A stretch of DNA of 64,000 bases from Hormiphora californensis (lineage: Eukaryota; Animalia; Ctenophora). The DNA is taken from NCBI GenBank assembly GCA_020137815.1, contig CM035355.1, positions 3,286,001 through 3,350,000 on the forward strand. Direction: 5' to 3'. Numbering within the stretch: position 1 is the first letter of the stretch; each line of letters starts with the position of its first letter. Below the pieces are notes generated by a model. That model was given only the letters and a program-made list of their open reading frames with translations, ran no database searches and had not been told where the DNA came from. The position numbers and the translations under genes are program-made. This document shows positions 15,484 through 29,072 of this stretch, one piece after another.

Positions 15484-16145
15484 GAGAGAGAGAAATGGAG
15501 AGAAATAGTACTGTAAAGTGTTAATAAAACGCACTTAGAACTACAATGAACTAAAACAAATGCATTAAATTATTCCAACATCTGTTCAACTATTATTTCT
15601 TCGCTAACATAGTCCAGTACGGGGGGAGGATGGGGTATTTCATATTTCATTTCTGACAACTAATTATGGAGGTGAAGTGGTGCTGAAGGGCAAAGATTAA
15701 CCAGCCCTCTATCTGTCAATAACAAAGCAACTTGTATAATAATGTTTTTACTTTTTGGGACGGTAGGGATGGTAGGGTATAATTATAACTCCAATAAATC
15801 TATCAAATTGTGTAGAGTGTTACAGCTGTAGAATATGTATATCATTAGCTGTAAACTTGGTATCTGGTTTCCATGCTACAGAGATTACAACATAAAGAAG
15901 GAGCTGGCGGCATAAAACCTTGGCGACTCGCCAGATCTGTTATCTCTACACTTCGTCAAGAATATGTGGGATTTTAGAAACATAACCTCTCCCGTGTGCT
16001 TATTGCAGCAACTTTCCCGATTTCTCTCTTTCTCTATCTCTCTTTCTCTCTCTATCTATATATCCTTCTCTCTCCCTCTCCATCTATCTATCTCTCTCTC
16101 TCTCTCTCCATCTACCTATCTCTCTCTCTCTCTATCTATCTATCT

Positions 16146-16204
<59 letters not shown>

Positions 16205-16701
16205 TCTCTCTATTTTTATTGACAGATAAACATTTGACCACGTCATGTAACTGTCCACTAGTTTAGTGAATAATAAACCCTGAGATGTACATGTGTAAGA
16301 GACATGTGTGTCTGTGTGTGTATATATTCATATTATAACCAACTGGGTTTTATGCTATTTCATTAATATCGCGTGTCTCTGAATTAATCGTCTTCCTACT
16401 CTCCCCCTCTCCTCACACACACTGAAACTTTTCTATATATCCCCCCTCCCTGTAAAATGTGTGGTGTGCATTCGAATTGTACATGTGTAACATGCACACT
16501 TCTGAGCGTTATACTCGACAGGTAATGTACAGGTGAACGATGTTTCCCCATTTTATGAATCTCTCTCTTTCTCCCTTCACTTCTCATTTCATCCCTCCTA
16601 TCTGCAAACAAACACACTCGGTGACAGACTGTAACGTTTCTCTCTGCGAGAGAGAGAGGTAGAGAGAGAGTGAGAGAGAAGAGAGAGAGAGAGAGAGAGA
16701 G

Positions 16702-16763
<62 letters not shown>

Positions 16764-19228
16764 GGCTCTGGACAAACATTGTGTGAGTGTTTCGTTTACA
16801 TAAACAAAAGCTCCTACAGTGCATTAGAAAGACAGATGGAGAGGTAGAGTGGGGAAGAGAGAAACATGGAAAGAGAGAGATAAAAAGAAAGAGAAGAGAT
16901 AGAAAGAAAGAGAGAAAGAAGAGCCAGACTATCTGTCTCCATGGTATAACGGAATTTAATTTCTTTGCATGCAATTGCTTTCTAAAACATAAGTGTAGAT
17001 AGAAGTTGGCAAAAAGTAACGGATCCTAACTCTCAATTAATTAAACAATTACCTAATTTTAAATAAAGAAGGCATAATAGTGGGATAGTAACATAAATCA
17101 TAGCCTGGAAGTCTAAATACGGAGTTTTCATTTCTGTCTTTGTATCTAGNNNNNNNNNNNNNNNNNNNNNNNNNNNNNNNNNNNNNNNNNNNNNNNNNNN
17201 NNNNNNNNNNNNNNNNNNNNNNNNNNNNNNNNNNNNNNNNNNNNNNNNNTCTCTCTATCTCTCCCACCCCCTCTCTCTCTCTCTCTCCAGCTCATTCACC
17301 CTCCTCTCTATTTCTCTCTCACTCTGCTGAGAATCTATCTTTATGGTATAATAAGCTTGGATTCATGCGTTAACTGTCACTGATAACTTCGCGTTTACGA
17401 ACGTATTTCAATTTCTTTCTCTCACCCCATCCTCTCTCTCTCTCTTCCCCCTTTCTATCTCTTTCCCTCACCCCTCGATGTCTCTCCCTACTAATCCCAT
17501 TCTACAATGTCAAAATATCAAAACGCAGCGTTAAAATTCTTACAGGAGAGAAATAGTGACAAAGGGAGAAAGATATATTTTGCAGGAATGAGGGGGAGAA
17601 ATAGAGTACTTGTGGGATCGGTTAATGGGGTTTAGAGTCAACGAGTTAGGTCCATTTTGTTGTATCTGTACGTTAATTTTACTGTAGACTATTAATTTTG
17701 GACATAAAACTCCTATCCCATCTGCCATATGGGGTATGAGGGAGATCAAAAAGAGAAATAAATTTTTCCATACCTGGGCATTTATGGGCTTTTCCTTAGT
17801 ATGCGTCCGAATATGATAAATCAGCTTGTACTTCCTTGAAAACGGATGATTTAGATTCTTGCAGTTCTCCCAAAAGCACTTGAAGGGGGCCTCCTTACAT
17901 GATGGGAGTTTACGTGGGCACCCAATGCTGACACTTCCTCAAACCTTAGTCCACACGGCTGAATTGATTAGTGTATTAGTGAATACTAATTTTTATTTCA
18001 TCATTGTTACCTCGTTAATACAGGCGACCTTTGTACAGGGTGTGCCAGAATAAGTTATCTCAAAGTGGCTTCATTTTTCTGGCCCACCCTGTATTATCGG
18101 GGGTGGTTTCATTTTTGTTTTTATTGCCCTTCTTTTATTTTTTTGTCCACTATCCATCGACACTCGTTCAACTCTTCTGATGATTTCTGTATTCCAGCCG
18201 GCTGAAGAAACACTGTTTTACACATGTAACAGTACATAATCAATTGGAATGGGATGGACTGAATCAACTGCATCTCATTTCTACCAAACAGTGTTACAAC
18301 TGTAACAGCTGGACTACTTAGGTTACTAAAGACCAGTAACAAGGGGTACAGTACATGATAATATCCCCAACGACTACTATAAAAAACCAGCAGCATGGAG
18401 ATTGGAGGCAGTAACTAACAGCCAACAATGGCTAAACCTGGAAGTGTTGTGGAGGAGGGGCCTGTTGCACAGTGGGAGGAGGAGGGTGGATTATAGTGGG
18501 ACTGTTGGTATTACTTGGGGAGCTCATACTGGTGTTGGGGGAGTTCAGGGCCACGATATCACTGGGTGTGGTGTTGTTGGAGGTATCCCCCCCATCAGAT
18601 AGGACAAGAAGTTGTTTTGACCTGGAAGAGGAGGGGTTACTGAAGATGGGTAGAAGGAGGGGTTACATAGTTGACAAGGTAGAAAGGGAAGAAGGGGGCG
18701 GAGAAAGATGAGAGAGGGGGTTAGGAACAATTCAGACGCGGGTGTTGTAGATATAGAATGGGTGAAAGAGGTGGGGGTGGTGATCATTTCATTTCATAAT
18801 ATCCTCTTTAATTTCAACACAGAAATTCTATTCACTAATAAATGTTCTTTTCTTTATGCTTTCTGTCCCCCTTTTCTCTTTTTTAGCTGTTACTTAGCTA
18901 ATGGTAATACTAACGATCTACACACCTGGTCAAACGCATAAGGGAGAAAAAGAGAGGGCACATACATCCAAACAGATGGCACACACCAAAAAAAAGAAAG
19001 CAAACAAAAAACTCCCATTTTCTAACATAACTCCTAAACAAAAAGGAGCTTTTCTTACCATCTTGATGGGAGGGAAAGGGCGGTTCGTTGGCGAAGTTGT
19101 TCGTTAGATACAACTCCATGTTGCTGGGTGGGTGATGATGGTGATGGTTTGGGACTGGGAGCTGCCGGTGGTTGTAACCCCGGGGTGGATTCATTGGTAA
19201 ACCAGTCCACCGTCATTCCTATCCATTC
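6746..19228 (-). CDS. Multi-exon Gli/Glis/Zic-superfamily C2H2 zinc-finger transcription factor with long P/Q/M-rich regions (assembly frameshifts)
   Basis: Manually read minus-strand exons: ~19058-19228, 18438-18639, ~18140-18221 (NECRWIVDKK), ~17774-17958 (PCGLRFEEVSALGAHVNSHHV..FKCFWENCKNLNHPFSRKYKLIYHIRTHTKEKP.KCP), ~14133-14270 (KQFKKLECKNLHRKTHMK), 11907-12034, ~10690-11715 (P/Q-rich, then VFPCYRPG), 7098-7632 (IYTNRKALRKHIK), 6746-6840 (..DLFEWSWDPNNILSK*). CxW..C..PF..KYKL..HIR.HT.EKP matches the Zic/Gli tandem-CWCH2 fingers. Most exon ends are GT-AG; several indels must be assumed. Confidence 0.75.
7810..9558. mobile_element. Non-autonomous DNA transposon with 8-bp TSD and G-run termini (Merlin- or hAT-like)
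   Basis: TIR gggggg..cgacatgttaatt; AGAAGAAT at 7802-7809 and 9559-9566. Confidence 0.85.
8376..9300. mobile_element. Mariner-like MITE nested in the 7810-9558 element
   Basis: TA-ttaggttgtcca(a)gaaataat ... attatttcctggacaacctaa-TA. Confidence 0.8.
17150..17249. other. Assembly gap
   Basis: Run of 100 N. Confidence 1.
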
Positions 19229-19491
19229 TAAATCAGGAGGGTGTTAGTGGGTGTTAATGCACATGCTAGAAATCAGGGAGGGTGTTAGTGGGTGTTAATG
19301 CACATGCTAGAAATCAGGGAGGGTGTTAGTGGGTGTTAATGGGTGCTAATGCACAAGCTACACAGAAATCAGGGAGGGTGTTAGTATTTGTTATGTTCTA
19401 ACCCTCCTTACAATTCGCTGAGCGCGCGAAAAAAGGGCCGAGCTAGGTAAGTTAGTATAACAAGGATTAAACAAGGGGGGTTGTGTGTGTG

Positions 19492-19526
<35 letters not shown>

Positions 19527-19756
19527 ACGGAAGCCGCCAGTAATTAAGATGGGGTACTTCACCCCTCCCTCCAGTCTCCTCCAACTATTGAAGAATTGAA
19601 AGGTCGAACAGCTTAGTACAAAGTTAAAAACGAGTTATATAAATTGAAGCCGATTAGACAGACATTACCGGGCATTTACTGGATACAATTCTTCAATTCG
19701 AATAAATATATATGCAGTGCGATAGAAAGAGAGAAGCAATGGAGAGAGAGAAGCAA

Positions 19757-19798
<42 letters not shown>

Positions 19799-21256
19799 CA
19801 AAGAAGAAAGAGAGAGCAAAGAGGGAGAAGACAGAGAGACGAAGGTAAAGAAACAGCAGAAAGAACAAGATAGTAAGAGGAATTAAGCAGAGAAGGAGAG
19901 GTAGAAAGATACATGGAGAAAGAAAGAGAGAACAGCAGAATGAGATTGAGTCAAAGAAAGAGAGAGATAGAGAGAGAGAGAGAAGATGAGAGATGAGAAG
20001 AGAGAGAGAGAGAGAGAGAGAGAGGGCAGCCATAAGCTCGCTGTTTGCCACGAAGATCTGGTACAAATTAATACGTATGTATTATTAGCCGCTTCCGCCC
20101 GAACGAGAGAGAGGAGATAGATGAAATAAAGACGAGAGAGATAGAGTATATAGTAGGAGAGCGAGTAAAAGATGAATCGAGCGGCCGGAGAATAAGCATC
20201 GAGTAGATCGAGAGAGAGATGCGAATTTAGAAAGACCATAGGAGTAGTAAAGATATGAGAGTGTCCTAGTAATAGCTCAGAAATGTAAAGATGTAATGCT
20301 TTAGTAAAAAGAAGGTCAAATTATTACTAAAGCAAACAGAGATTTAAGTTTTGATAAGAGGACGAGAACAACTAAAATTATTAGAAGAATATAATTCCAA
20401 ACAGAGCCGACCAACTAAACACACACAACACGTTACCAAAACACTGAGAGAGGGAGGGTTAGGAGGGAGCGCGCGTTGACCCTCTGCCGACAACTGTCGC
20501 GTCAACATGATTTGAAATGCCGCGCGCCCTCCCCCAACACAGGCCGGGGGAGGGAGAAGTGGGCCAAGGGGCTGTGTCTTCATTGAAATCTGAGATCTTG
20601 GCGAGTTGGGTGGATTTTTTTAAGAATGTGAGAAGGGAGTGAGAGATGAATGTTAACAAGGGGGAGAAAAACAGAGAGAATGGGTAATAGCTGATAATAA
20701 ATTACTATTTTACACACAGTACACACACGCAGTAATTAGGGACGCAATTATCTCTTCTGTAGCTCTCCCTCTCTCTTTTCTCTCTCTTTTCTCTCTCTCA
20801 CTCTCTCGGGTGCACCGAGAAACATTTAAAACAAAGCAAACATAATAGCAGTCTAACACAATAGCTCTACACTTAAAAACGCGCATAAATTGGGTAATAT
20901 TATGCATCACTAAAACTGATCAAAACTTCTTCAACCACTCAATTGATACAATACGGGGGTGGTATAGAGGGTGGCCGATAAATAAACAAATTACTTAGCT
21001 TCCTCTTTAATTGCAGACTGCATACTCTTAAACAATCCACTCAACTTCATAGCCTGCATTATGTTCCCTTCCAGCTTTAGTTGACCTGTGGGAGTGTGTT
21101 GAGGGTTAGAGAGGTGTAATATGAGTTATGATTGATTCCTGGTAAGGAATGATAAATTCCAAGAAATCAATTTATTGGTTACTGGGAATTCTAACACATA
21201 AACTATTATAATTCTAACCGAACTTAGAATTATCATTGATGATTATTAATTCTACC

Positions 21257-21714
21257 GAGTAAACACACACACACATTGAGCAAGCTCAATTTAGCTATTC
21301 ACCGGCTGGGTATAGGGATGAGGTACTGGCAAGATATAGTGGGATCGTTACTGCCCACAAGTCAAGTCTATTCCGATATACAAGTTTAAAAGGGTGGTCT
21401 CAGGGACCGTCTAAGCTTCGCTCCCCGTTAACATTGCCTGAAACCGGGGGTCCACTTAGCTCTCATACGCACTCGACCATTACTTCCCAACCAGTATATA
21501 CTGGATTTCGCTTCCTCTTATCACGCTATACTGGTAATTCGGAATAGAAACAATCCCGAGAGTCGAGACCACCCAACCCTTTTATACTCGTATATCGGAA
21601 TAGACTTGACTTGTGGGCAGTAGCGATCCTACTATATCTTGCCAGTTCCTCATCCCTATACCCAGCCGGTGAATAGCTAAATTGAGCTTGCTCAATGTGT
21701 GTGTGTGTTTACTC
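21257..21714. mobile_element. Foldback/MITE with ~125-bp TIRs
   Basis: gagtaaacacac..gtcaagtctattccgatatac is mirrored at ~21590-21714. Confidence 0.88.
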
Positions 21715-21889
21715 ATTACCTCCCGGTGCTCCTACCCCCTCTACAAATAATTCTACCGAACTCATGATATCATGATTTGCGTATATGCCTCGTGTCACGA
21801 ATCATATTTTAATACTTTCGTATTATTCGGCAACTAAAAACCCCATCCAGGAAGGGGAAGAAGAGGGTTAGTGGGAAGAAGAGGGTTAG

Positions 21890-22340
21890 TGGGTGTGGGA
21901 TCCTGTCAGGCGCTAAGGATTGGGTTGTCCTCTCTGACATCGGAAGTCAGCTCAAGTTTCCGGCGGAGATCGCCCAGACCAGGTTAAGGCCTGATCTTGT
22001 TGTCTTCTCGCGAGAGGTAAAGACGGTGATCTGGTGGGAGCTCACTTGCCCTGCAGAAGAGAGAATAGGGGATGCCCATACTCTCAAGATTGAACGGTAC
22101 ACGGACCTTGAGAGGGAGTGTGAGTCTAATGGGTGGAGGTGTTTTAATATGGCGGTAGAGGTTGGGGCTCGAGGGCAGGTGGCGGATAGTCTGGTTAGAG
22201 CAGCTTCTCGTCTTGGGTTTAGAGGGAGGGGTCTTTAGGAAGCTGGTTAAGGATACGGGGAAAGAGGCTGCTCACTGTTTCCATGTGGATCTACTTTCCA
22301 TTCGGCGAAGAAGGAGTGGGAGTACAGGAATGTGGAGTAG
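21890..22340 (+). mobile_element. 3' fragment of a restriction-like-endonuclease non-LTR retrotransposon (HERO/R2-group-like)
   Basis: Translation DWVVLSD..RLRPDLVVFS..WWELTCPAEERIGDAH..KIERYTDL..GW..VEVGARG, a PD-(D/E)xK RLE domain; frameshifted near 22235. Confidence 0.8.
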
Positions 22341-22913
22341 TGGAGGCAGTGAAGTGGTTGAGACTCGCCCTCGCAGTGGAGTGTGTGTTTGGACGGTGGG
22401 TACCCTTACTGTCATAAACCTGTCAAAGGGGGAGGCAGTGAGGGACCCCAAGTCGACACATTCATTCCGGGCAACTGGGTATAGATCGAACGGTGGTCTC
22501 AGATTATCGAGACTTGCCGGGGCGCCTGACTTAGTACCTGTGTACCCGTACCGAATTAAAGCCACGAAACGGTGTCAGGTTTACGGCTGATGAGTTCGAT
22601 CTGAGTCTCGGTTTCTGGCGAGTGTCACATTTACCATCTTAGTGGACGGAGGGTCTCGGTCTTCCGCTGTTCGGATACTTTGGGTGTTGGCGGAGTTAGG
22701 TGTGGTTAGGTTGCGTTTAGGTTTGGAGGTTTGGAGGTTGGTGGAGGTTTGGTGGAGGTTTGGAGGTTGGTGGAGGTTTGGAGGTTTGGTGGAGGTTTGC
22801 TGGTTGTTAGGTTGGTTTTGCGGGGTTTGTCTCGGTTCTTTGGGTTTGGTCTGGCAGCATGATTCATGTTCTCAACTTAGGAGTTCTGTGGAACCACGAG
22901 AAACACAAACAAG

Positions 22914-22962
<49 letters not shown>

Positions 22963-23252
22963 CTCTCCACTCTCTCACTCACACTCTGAGAGAAAGAATC
23001 TCTCTCATCCTTAATCTTTCTAGTATGAAGACATACGAACCGATACAAGGACTATAAGACAAACGGACGAGTCACGACAATGACAAAGTTGGACAACATG
23101 ACTGACAATCAAAGACAAAGATAAACAAACAGACGCACTTACACACATTTTGGTTGAAGCAACATGGCTTCCTTCAACAAAATTGAATAATTCGCTGTGA
23201 TGAGAGAGAGAAAAACAACTGTAAAAGGGAGAACAGAGAGGGAAAGGGAGTG

Positions 23253-23322
<70 letters not shown>

Positions 23323-23848
23323 AGAGAGCGAAGATGAGAGCGCGGAGGGAGTTAGGATTAGAGTAGATGATTTTGCGGAGGGGAGATCTAGCTATCGTAA
23401 TAGAACTAGACCACCGGGAGAGAGCATACGTTCTTAGCAGTAGGAATTGACTGAGAGACCGAGGTAACCGGAGACGAACTATTGAAAACCATTCATGAGA
23501 GAAGACGCAGAGACGGAAGCATAAAGCGGGAGATGAGGAGCGGTAGGGAGGAGGAGAGAAATTTATACAAACTTACAGAGAGAGAAAGGGAGAGAGAAAG
23601 GGAGAGAGAGAGAGAGAGAGAGAGAAATGGAGAGAGAGAAAGAGAGAAAATAATGAGATAGAGGGAGAGAAAAATAAGGAGAGGAAAAGAGAATGCTAGG
23701 GTAGTACTAGTGATTAAATCTGAAATAATATAAACACAGTAAATGTTAGCGCGGGGAGGACTCAAAACACAGTATAAAGTATAACATTAATTTTCTCGGA
23801 AACATCATTGGTAACTTTCTGGAAACCACTCCCTTCCCTTCTCACATA

Positions 23849-24013
23849 CAGTCGGACTCCGATTTACCGGCAGGATGATCGGCAGAAAGGGTTTTGCCCG
23901 GTATATCGGGGTCAAATACTGTTAATTTCCTACATCGGGGGAAGTTCATCCTCCCGGTAAATTGGGGTTCCGGGCTCCGGTAATTGAGGGCCCGATAAAT
24001 CGGAGTCCGACTG
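23849..24013. mobile_element. pogo-like MITE
   Basis: TA-cagtcggactccgattta..taaatcggagtccgactg-TA. Confidence 0.88.
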
Positions 24014-24522
24014 TATATTCAAGATATATTATAAAGAGGTCTCTGTCAGCTGCAGACAGTGATAGTTCTTCCAACATATAGACACAGATCGTGTATAGAG
24101 TGTTACTTAGTGTGCTTGCCCCTTGACACACATTTACACACACACACGATCACATAAAAAATAAAATCTTTTATTCGTAGTTTCATAATTCCACTAGGGC
24201 GTGACGCGTTTCACAATTTACATATATCATGTTTTTATGAAAATAATCTTGGTCGCCAATATACTATTTACTCACCGGACATGTATGCAGCAGCTGTAGT
24301 GGTACTTCCATCAATTAGCTGGAGGAATGTCTCATTCTTCATATCCAATGTGATATCGGCACTCTCATCCGCACCAGACTTAATTGTACCTTGGGAGGGG
24401 GCATTGAGTAGCGAGGGGGGGGGGGGGAGGTTATAAAAGCAATTATGCTTCTTTATCCGTTAAAAAGTAAAAGGGGAGACTAACTATAACCATAATAAGA
24501 GAAAGATAGTAAGAGATAGGAG

Positions 24523-24641
<119 letters not shown>

Positions 24642-24836
24642 GAAGGAAGAGGGGAGAGATAGAGAGACAGCAACACTTCCATACGTGGCTTAATCATTCC
24701 CAGATCCGCTATCCAATAGACTGAGGTTTCTAGAAGGTGCTGATGTATGATCTTCATCAGGAATAATCAGACTAAACACGTGTAGTTGTCTAGATGTATT
24801 AAAATTTGAAGGGTAATCAAAAGGAATAAAGACAGG

Positions 24837-24923
<87 letters not shown>

Positions 24924-25743
24924 GGGGGATATATGAGTAAGAGACTCTTCGTTCAATAGAGTTTTAGCATGCAACTTTTTTAGTATTGAAGCATCAACTC
25001 TCTCTCTCTCTCACACTCTCTCTTTGGCTCCTTCTTACTCAATATTTTATTTTTTACTCTCCCTCCTCTAATTTCTCTTTAGTACATTGTAGTTACTTAA
25101 AAAAACTATAGTTAAATTCTTAACGAGTTTAATTATATAACGGTTTAATTTTCTAACTTCTAAGATAAGCAGAATTTCTATTTAAAAAAGGGCAAGCACT
25201 TTTAGGAAATATCAATAGATTGCTCTAATAATGCTAATTTGTATACGAGTTACGACAATATTCCAATTGTTACAGGTGTATGTATAGCATGTGTCACTGC
25301 GCTGGCTAGCGCAAAGGTGACCTTTCTCTACATATATAATACTGTGTATATTCTAAACTCGAATGAGCCCAACATCACACTCACCATCATCACGGAGGTC
25401 TAGTGTCCACTCTGAGTCGGTTAGTTTAAGGTTCGCACTAACCCCAGTATCATGCACCATCTTATCAGTTATCATGGGTTTAAACTTTTCCATCATTGTA
25501 GGAATATCCATCTGAAAATTTTGTTTCACTTTAAATGACTGGACAAATTACAAAGCACACTTACGGTAAGTAAAGAAATAAGTAAGTAATTAAATAAGTT
25601 ACGCGACGGTAAGTTATTTGTAAGTTACTTACCCCGGAAGAAAAACATCGCACAACTTGGTGGAGTTGACCAGCCCGGGACACGAGAATTCTCCCTACAA
25701 ACGACATCTTCTAGAATAGGATGATTACTCTTACAGAGAGAGA

Positions 25744-25811
<68 letters not shown>

Positions 25812-26077
25812 TAGAGAGAGAGAGAAAGAGAGTTGTAGTATAAGGAAAATTCAAAATGCATGTATGCATAAGAGAAAAAAAGATGATAAGAGAGAGAGAG
25901 AGGGAGAGAGAGAGAGAGAGAGCGGGAGAGAGAGAGAGAGTGTGTATATGTTTGGAAGGAATAAAGGAATGAGCTTTGGCAAATTTCCAGAACGGAGAAC
26001 ATGTGTGTGTAGTGGAAGGATAGGAGCATTTACAGCACAGCAAGTTACGTTTTGTACCGTGGGTTGGTATTATAATA

Positions 26078-26891
26078 CAGTCAGACCCCGATTTAACGGC
26101 CCCCGATTTAGCGGCACCCCGATTTAACGGCAGGATAAAAATTTTTCAAAGGTGTAACTGTATCAACAACGTCCGAATCGTGTTTCGAATCGGTGCATCT
26201 TATTGCATGTCTTGCCGGTAATTAGACGGTTCGAAACGAACAGATATGTGATCCCCATGAGGCCCATCGAATCGCAATTTTGACACATGTTTAACTGGCT
26301 CTATGGAGATCACGTATCGGTTCGTTTCGAACCGTCTAATTAGCGACAGGACGTGCGATAAGATGCACTGATTCGAAACACGATTCGGACGTGGTTGATA
26401 TACCAAAATTTGCATAACTTTTTTTGAAAAATTTTACAGAATGATTGGCAATGCTTTGATCGGTGCTCCCCATGAATTTTCAGAGAAAAAGATATTTTGA
26501 AATTCAAATTCTTCCTCACCCCGCTTAAAGTGCCCCGATTCGGCATGGTATCACGTATCGGTTCGTTTCGAACCGTCTAATTAGCAGCAAGACATGCGAT
26601 AAGATGCACTGATTCGATAAACGATTCGGACGTGGTTGAATGATATAGACCTTAGAAATTTTAATAACTTTTTTTGAAAATTTTGAAAATTATTTTCTTT
26701 TTCTAATCAGAAATTATCATGTAATCAATACATGGACATTGTATTTAACACTTAGAGGTGTTTTAGTATAGCATTTTGGACAAAAATAGGGTTTTATAGG
26801 CCAAATATGCTCTACCCCGATTTAACGGACACCCCGATTTAACGGACGAAACCCTTTCCCCCGAGGGTGCCGTTAAATCGGGGTCCGACTG
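26078..26891. mobile_element. pogo-like MITE related to 23849-24013, with internal repeats
   Basis: TA-cagtcagaccccgatttaacggc..gccgttaaatcggggtccgactg-TA. Confidence 0.88.
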
Positions 26892-26925
26892 TAGCGATAT
26901 CACTCACTCCCCTCGACTAGAGGGG

Positions 26926-27251
26926 TGCCTGGTGAAAACTTAACACGAACTCGAGTGCTACCAGAAATCATCAAAATCTTCGATTTTCACCATGTTACCA
27001 ATATTTTAGAGGTTTGATGTCAACGGCAATCTATTCTACGTGCAAAAATAGGGGTGACCTAAATCTTACTCTAACTAATTATAAAATTCCAGGCTCCATA
27101 TTTTACGTATCCAATCCACTAAACACGGGAAAATTCTCATTTTAGAATTACATACTTTATTCCCGCACTGTAGCGGCATTATATAGACCCTACGGCCTAC
27201 AAGTAATGGTTTCTGGTAGCACTCGAGTTTGTGTTAAAACTTTACCAGGCA
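26926..27251. mobile_element. MITE with ~42-bp imperfect TIRs
   Basis: tgcctggt..aacacgaactcgagtgctaccagaaa is mirrored at ~27209-27251. Confidence 0.75.
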
Positions 27252-28042
27252 AGCCGAGCTCTCTCCCTTTCTTTCAACATCTCTCTCTCCCTCTCTCTAG
27301 ACTCCTTTCACCCAGGATAGGTAGACATTATAGGTATTATTATGACCTCCACGATGAAGAAAACATTAAATTTATTATTTTTCTCATTCAACTAAAATAT
27401 GATACTCCTAAACTAAGACACCCAGGCCTGCAGCAACTCAGTCCCTCTCTATTTCTGCTGTCTGTAATTACCCACTTACACACAGCCCACGGGGGAATTA
27501 GACATTTCGAGAGAGAGAGAGGGAAGATATATGATAAGTAAGGGTAGATGGGAGAACAAGAATCGGTCAAATATCTGAAAAAAAAGAAACTGCAACTATT
27601 TGGTCCATCATATTTTAGGTGCAAACTTAACAACATATCCATTTAGATGGTTTATTAATCATTTGTCTAGCCGTATTAAATTTAAATTATATGTATGCTG
27701 TTTTTATGAAGAAGGCCTTTTTTAGAAATGGCAGGAATCAAACTGTTCCTAGCAAAGTGAGAAATATAAAGTGTATGTTGTTATTAAGGTTTTTTAGCCA
27801 GCGCCATGCCTTTATTATTTGGGTATATGGTGCTAGTTGTCCTATACTTATATGGCGTTACCACGATACATGATTAAATCACCCGCCAATTGAACCCCAA
27901 AATCACGGGTATTTTATTACTCCTCGGTACTGTTTTGAAGGATACAGCTAGCTATTGCTTGAACAGATTTACCGTTTCACAGCTAAGACAAACATTCACG
28001 GACAGATTTTCTGAACTCTCTTCTTTTGTCGTTTTCGAAAAC

Positions 28043-28180
28043 GATCCTTATTCCCTTCAGGGATCCTTATTCCCTTCAGGGGATCCTTATTCCCTTCAGG
28101 GGATCCTTTTTCCCTTCAGGGGATCCTTTTTCTCTTCAGGGGATCCTTTTTCTCTTCAGGGGATCCTTTTTCTCTTCAGG
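28043..28180. repeat. ~20-bp minisatellite (ggatccttattcccttcagg)
   Basis: About 7 copies. Confidence 0.9.
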
Positions 28181-29072
28181 GAATACAGAGGGAATACAGA
28201 GGGAATACAGAGGCAACTGCAGTGCACGTGGAAAATTCTATCGGTAAGCAATGATTGCCTTGTTTAAATGTTTAAATTATTATCGCTGGCGTTACAGTAA
28301 AAAGGTATTTTTTAAATGCATTATTGTTTAATTATGTACTTTTTAAGTTATACTGACTTGTTCTATTAGTTACCCCGGGTTTTGGAAATAAACCCTCAGA
28401 GAGGATATTTTATCGGTTATCCCTAGGAGTAGGATACTGGATAAGAGGTAGCTAGTAGTTACTGAGGAGTGAGTCATGTTAAGGCGGTAAATATTGAAGC
28501 AAAGTCCAGAGGTCCACTAGGGCAGTAGGACGGTTGATCACGTTTAAAGCGTGGCGAGCATCAGCTCAGTCTATTCATCTGAATACAATTCTCTCAATGA
28601 GTGAACAGCAGCTTCTCCTGGCTGGCAGCGAGATGAAGATGACCGGTAGCCTGAATTATTTAATTGTAGTAATGCTCGACCCACTGTCGAAGTTTTTTGA
28701 AGTTTTGACGGATGACTTTGCCAACATCGATAGGTCTTACACCAAAATTCTCGTTTACGGTAATTAGCTTACAGGACCAAAAAGCAGCTCCTCTAACTCC
28801 TAAGTCTACGTTGGCATACGTTGCAGGCCCCTTATAATATAATATATATTGCGGGGGTGCGCGCATGAGGGGGCTGCAGCGCATTCCAAAAGTCTACGTT
28901 GAACGTCGCGGAAAGATCTCACAATCAAGATTTTTAAAAACGGAAGCGAGATTTTTAAAAAACGGAGCGGCAATAGGGATCCCTAAAAAAGTTCAGTATT
29001 TACACAGAGTTTACACAGTCTTTACTCAGTCGTTACACCCAGAGCGCCCGCGCCGCTCTGGGTGTAACGACT

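Noticed and set aside
22560-22600. Hammerhead-like motifs (GAAAC..GTC..CTGATGAG) downstream of the HERO-like fragment
   Set aside because: Stems I and II cannot be paired convincingly by eye; an Infernal search would be needed.
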